From an uncultured virus (IMG/VR IMGVR_UViG_3300027659_000019) (taxonomy: Duplodnaviria > Heunggongvirae > Uroviricota > Caudoviricetes), in IMG/VR virus record IMGVR_UViG_3300027659_000019: a stretch of DNA of 28,827 nt. The stretch is one strand, 5' to 3'. The translations under genes were made by a program, and so were the position numbers. Below are positions 25,641 to 28,827 of the stretch, piece after piece. Under the pieces are notes generated by a model. It was not told the DNA's origin. It worked only from the letters and a program-made list of their open reading frames with translations, and did not search any database. Position 1 is the first letter of the stretch. Each line of letters starts with the position of its first letter.

Positions 25641-26057
25641 CTACAACGACCTTTCTTGAATGTTGAGTGCATGATGATCGCACAAGATACTTCCCTGATC
25701 ATCACCTCTTGCATACCCCTCATACTTACAGATTTCGCAAGTGTGAACAGAACAACGATACTTTCCGTCAGTACCAATCTTTAATTCTTCGGGAGTATCC
25801 CAACCACAGAAATCGCACTCCAATCGTTTGCCGTCTAGTTTTTGATTTTCTAGCAAGCGTTCAAGTCGTGCAATCTTTCTTTCTAATTCAAGATTAGTAA
25901 GAGTAGTTCCATGTTCTTTGGGAGGTTTAATTCCTAACTTCTCACACTCTTCTACAAGTGTTTCTCGATACTCCTGTGCATAACGCAGAGATAGTCGTTG
26001 CTTTGCACGAGAGACTGCTTTGTTACGAAGTTTTTTATCTTGTTTGCTTAGTTCCAT
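25641..26057 (-). CDS. Hypothetical protein with Cys/His-rich C-terminus
   Basis: GGAGAG RBS; CDFC...CSVH.CEIC...CDHH. Confidence 0.7.
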   Translation of the reverse strand: MELSKQDKKLRNKAVSRAKQRLSLRYAQEYRETLVEECEKLGIKPPKEHGTTLTNLELERKIARLERLLENQKLDGKRLECDFCGWDTPEELKIGTDGKYRCSVHTCEICKYEGYARGDDQGSILCDHHALNIQERSL

Positions 26058-26330
26058 TTAGTACTCTCCAATCACAGATACATACTGACGATACTTTTTC
26101 TTTTCTCTACGGCGCAGTAATTGTCTTTCATGATCTGTTAGACCACCAAAGATTCCGTACTGCACTCCGTTTTCTGTTGCGAATGTCAGACACTTATTTT
26201 TTGTGACTGCATCACATTGACCACAAATTAATTTTGCTTCCCGAATCTTTTCATACTCTGTCGGGTCAGGAAAGAATAATTCAGGGTCTACACCTTGTTG
26301 ACATGGTGCATTCGTGATCTCAGTTTTCAT
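26058..26330 (-). CDS. whiB: Second WhiB-family regulator
   Basis: C...DPELFFP...AKLICGQC-x7-C...GIFGGLTDHER; ATG 26330 follows GGAG. Confidence 0.9.
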   Translation of the reverse strand: MKTEITNAPCQQGVDPELFFPDPTEYEKIREAKLICGQCDAVTKNKCLTFATENGVQYGIFGGLTDHERQLLRRREKKKYRQYVSVIGEY

Positions 26331-26661
26331 TGTTACTCCGATCGTTGAAATCATCAGGATTTTCTATTACATACTTAACGAATGAGTCCATGACATCAGT
26401 TAAATCTTCGGGTTCTAAGTCTGCATACTTCAAGAGAATCTCGATCATGTGCAGGAATCCCCAAATAAGCATTTCAGGTTCGATCTCTTTATCTTTCATG
26501 ATCGTATTGAGATGTGCATTGGCTAGATACTCCTTGATCTCTTGGGGCAGACTATCTTTGCGATCAGAATCAACCTTGAATCCACGAACGATCTTTAGAA
26601 ACTCGTTAGCGATCTTAATCGATTTGATGAGATCAGTTTGGTGTGATGATAGTTCAGTCAT
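26320..26661 (-). CDS. Helical hypothetical protein
   Basis: AAAGGAG RBS. Confidence 0.75.
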   Translation of the reverse strand: MTELSSHQTDLIKSIKIANEFLKIVRGFKVDSDRKDSLPQEIKEYLANAHLNTIMKDKEIEPEMLIWGFLHMIEILLKYADLEPEDLTDVMDSFVKYVIENPDDFNDRSNNEN

Positions 26662-26828
26662 TTATTTTCTCCTTTCATTATTTTGAGGTAGTTGCTTTCT
26701 AGTTGACGAATTAGTTTACGAGTTGTACCGAATTGATCAGCAACGCTCTGCAACGATTTGCCATGTACAAATCGCGCATTGAGTATCAGATTCTTTTCTT
26801 CTACTGTAAATAGTGATGCATTTTCCAT
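26658..26828 (-). CDS. Stand-alone sigma-70 region-4-like HTH protein, 56 aa (not in ORF track)
   Basis: FTVEEKNLILNARFVHGKSLQSVADQFGTTRKLIRQLESNYL; GAGGA RBS; ATGA overlap. Confidence 0.75.
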   Translation of the reverse strand: MENASLFTVEEKNLILNARFVHGKSLQSVADQFGTTRKLIRQLESNYLKIMKGENK

Positions 26829-26854
26829 GTTGTATTCCTCTCTAAGTTAGTGAA

Positions 26855-26975
26855 ATCAAGTAGGGGCAGGTACGACTACGCCGTAACTATCGAATGCGAT
26901 CATGATCGCCCTTCGCAGGTAAGGAGGGAGAGAATGAACAAACTCTCCATAACCCTGCGTTGACCCCTACTTGAT
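26855..26975 (-). ncRNA. Candidate multi-stem structured RNA
   Basis: Perfect 12-bp closing stem enclosing three hairpins; fills the intergenic gap. Confidence 0.6.
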
Positions 26976-26979
26976 AAAG

Positions 26980-27147
26980 TTACTTTGTAATTGTTTTTTG
27001 AACGCAGTTAAAGCAGAACCAAATAACAGGTTGCTTGCTTGAGTCGGTTATGTATTTGCCTGATGAAGTAAGTTCGTCATTACCACAATCATCGCAATTA
27101 GTTAGTTCGTGGGCTTCTACCCTACGAACGATCTGTGCGTATCCCAT
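26980..27147 (-). CDS. 55-aa Zn-finger protein (not in ORF track)
   Basis: MGYAQIVRR...CDDC...WFCFNC; AGGAG RBS; TAATG overlap. Confidence 0.7.
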   Translation of the reverse strand: MGYAQIVRRVEAHELTNCDDCGNDELTSSGKYITDSSKQPVIWFCFNCVQKTITK

Positions 27148-27410
27148 TAGTCATCTCCTAAGAATAGTGAGCCGTCTGATGCAGTTCGCACCACACGACT
27201 TTCAGGTAGTGCAGGTACAAGATCATCGATTGTGTCGTTGATTTGTCCGATACAGACATCGAGTGCATCTTCACAGGCGTTGAATGCCTTATCAAGATCA
27301 CGACCTTCAAAGTCTGTCGAATCCCACCAAGTAACTACCAGTTGTTCATCGAGTGCATTCCCATAGGTGCGTTGCAGAATCTCGATCGTCTCTTTAACTG
27401 TTGTGATCAT
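27147..27410 (-). CDS. Small acidic hypothetical protein
   Basis: GAAGGT RBS; tightly packed. Confidence 0.7.
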   Translation of the reverse strand: MITTVKETIEILQRTYGNALDEQLVVTWWDSTDFEGRDLDKAFNACEDALDVCIGQINDTIDDLVPALPESRVVRTASDGSLFLGDD

Positions 27411-27587
27411 TTAATTACCTTCCTCTACACACTCACAGGGTTGATCAGGATTAAAGTCGCAGTAGTAGCAACCACCTTTTTCACCACAAGTGGTGCAGTA
27501 ATACTCGAATTGAATCTCATCACAGCACCGCATTAATACTGTGTTGGAATCAATGTCTACTTTCCAATACTTACTTTCAGCAGTCAT
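27411..27587 (-). CDS. 58-aa Cys-rich protein (not in ORF track)
   Basis: MTAESKYW...CC...CTTC...CYYC...CEC; GGAG RBS; ATGA overlap. Confidence 0.7.
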   Translation of the reverse strand: MTAESKYWKVDIDSNTVLMRCCDEIQFEYYCTTCGEKGGCYYCDFNPDQPCECVEEGN

Positions 27588-27766
27588 TTATTTTCTCCAA
27601 TCACTTCATCGATCATCGTTGTACATGAGCCATAGCCCAACCAGTTGCCACCCTTGCCCACATAGCAGACATCACGAGTTGCATAAGTAAATAGCGATAC
27701 CAAGATCAATGCAGGAACAATGATCAGCACTATCCAACCTCTAGTAGTTAAGTTTGTTGTATTCAC
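27584..27766 (-). CDS. Small single-pass membrane protein
   Basis: GTG 27766 follows AAAGGAG; LTTRG plus hydrophobic helix; two Cys. Confidence 0.7.
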   Translation of the reverse strand: MNTTNLTTRGWIVLIIVPALILVSLFTYATRDVCYVGKGGNWLGYGSCTTMIDEVIGENK

Positions 27767-27768
27767 GA

Positions 27769-28359
27769 TCAAACACTCCTTTCCATAGCCATTTTGTATC
27801 TCCATGAGTTTATTTCTTTGTGCGTTTTAATTCTGTGGCAAGTTGAACACCTAATTACGCACTTTTTGATCTCTTTTTTAATTAGATCAAGAAGTATGTT
27901 GTTGTTAAGCGCATTCCCAATGTCAAACTTTTTACTGTGAGTATGGTCAAACTCCAAAGCCAACACATCGGTTTCACCACAATCAATGCAGGGGTGTTTA
28001 AGAAGGTAGTTAAATACAAACTCTCTTGCTTCTTTATTTCTATCCCTGTTTTGCATTCGTGAACGAATAGATACGCAAGGTTTACACGCGCTTTCGTATC
28101 CTTGATTACCGCTTTCAAACATTTTTTCTTGATAACTTTTTACTGACTTAATCTTTTTACAAGTTCCACATCTGCGTTTTCCTTGCGCCAAGAGATCAGA
28201 TTTCTCTTTCATTCTTTTAGCACTTCCTTTGCGATGTACTGAGAAGCACTTCTTACATCTAGCCCTCAATCCGTATAGACCGCTTTTATGTTTATTAAAG
28301 CGATCTAACGACAACGGAATGAAGCACCCAATACATACTTTAGTTTTCTTTTTAGCCAT
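27769..28359 (-). CDS. HNH-type endonuclease with N-terminal CxxC repeats
   Basis: CIDCGE...LEFDH...EIKKC...CSTCHRIKTH; AT-rich. Confidence 0.8.
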   Translation of the reverse strand: MAKKKTKVCIGCFIPLSLDRFNKHKSGLYGLRARCKKCFSVHRKGSAKRMKEKSDLLAQGKRRCGTCKKIKSVKSYQEKMFESGNQGYESACKPCVSIRSRMQNRDRNKEAREFVFNYLLKHPCIDCGETDVLALEFDHTHSKKFDIGNALNNNILLDLIKKEIKKCVIRCSTCHRIKTHKEINSWRYKMAMERSV

Positions 28360-28826
28360 TAAATCCCCTTCGGGCTGTACAAGCGACTAAGTGGAAGTGT
28401 TTTGTACTTTAGATCGTAGTGATTAGAAGGTGTCACGAAAGCAACAATAAATCGTGAACCAGTTGTTTCAACAATGATGCCTTTACGCAAGCGACCAAAC
28501 CCTTGAACAAACACTTGATCGTTGATTACCGCGTTGAAAGGATTGTATTGACTCATGTTTGTTGAATGCACCATACGCTCATCACAGATCGCTATTAACT
28601 GATCTGCAACCGCAACGATCTTTGCTTCAAGATCGATGCGCTTCTTTGCGAGTTTGATAGTTTTCTCAATCTTGTCTGATGAATGACTACCGCAGATCAC
28701 CGCATTCTCGCTATTCCACTTCAACGGCTGATCTGAATCTTTGCAACCTTCACGCCAAGCCCATGCCATAAAGATCGTGTCGAATTGCAGTTCACCACGA
28801 GATGCGATCTGTGATGCAGGTGCAGA
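28359..28826 (-). CDS. Hypothetical protein (5' truncated)
   Basis: Frame is open from the window edge through the ATG at 28769. Confidence 0.7.
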   Translation of the reverse strand, partial: SAPASQIASRGELQFDTIFMAWAWREGCKDSDQPLKWNSENAVICGSHSSDKIEKTIKLAKKRIDLEAKIVAVADQLIAICDERMVHSTNMSQYNPFNAVINDQVFVQGFGRLRKGIIVETTGSRFIVAFVTPSNHYDLKYKTLPLSRLYSPKGI

Positions 28827-28827
28827 A

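Noticed and set aside
26855..26975. tRNA, tmRNA or hammerhead ribozyme identity for the structured element
   Set aside because: No T-loop GTTC/CCA arrangement and no CUGANGA/GAAA core in the junction.

Overview
This window is a 28.8-kb piece of a large tailed-phage genome, most likely infecting an Actinobacterium, since it has two WhiB genes and a likely leaderless gene start. No tRNA, rRNA or CRISPR array was seen. The + strand (1-22046) has four parts. (1) A replication/recombination block: SNF2 helicase, gp32-like SSB, family A DNA polymerase, RecA, Hjc-type and RuvC resolvases, Cas4-like nuclease and WhiB, plus a secreted subtilase and SpoVS. (2) An array of about 15 small or low-complexity genes with shared terminal peptide motifs and repeated gene junctions. 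(3) A module of an intact nucleotidyltransferase, a HAD pseudo-phosphatase and a TGT/DpdA-like pseudo-enzyme. (4) A class II ribonucleotide reductase. The - strand (22099-28827) converges on a bidirectional terminator. It encodes a lytic transglycosylase coupled to a tyrosine recombinase with a Zn-finger insertion, whose promoter is overlapped by tandem palindromes. It also encodes an Xis/AlpA-like HTH, a second WhiB, a stand-alone sigma region-4-like protein, an HNH nuclease and many small genes. The most unusual signals are a 121-nt multi-stem RNA-like element at 26855-26975, the NTase plus double pseudo-enzyme module, the small-gene array, and about 3-fold GATC enrichment in the right arm. 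All calls come from motif recognition by eye; no searches were run.
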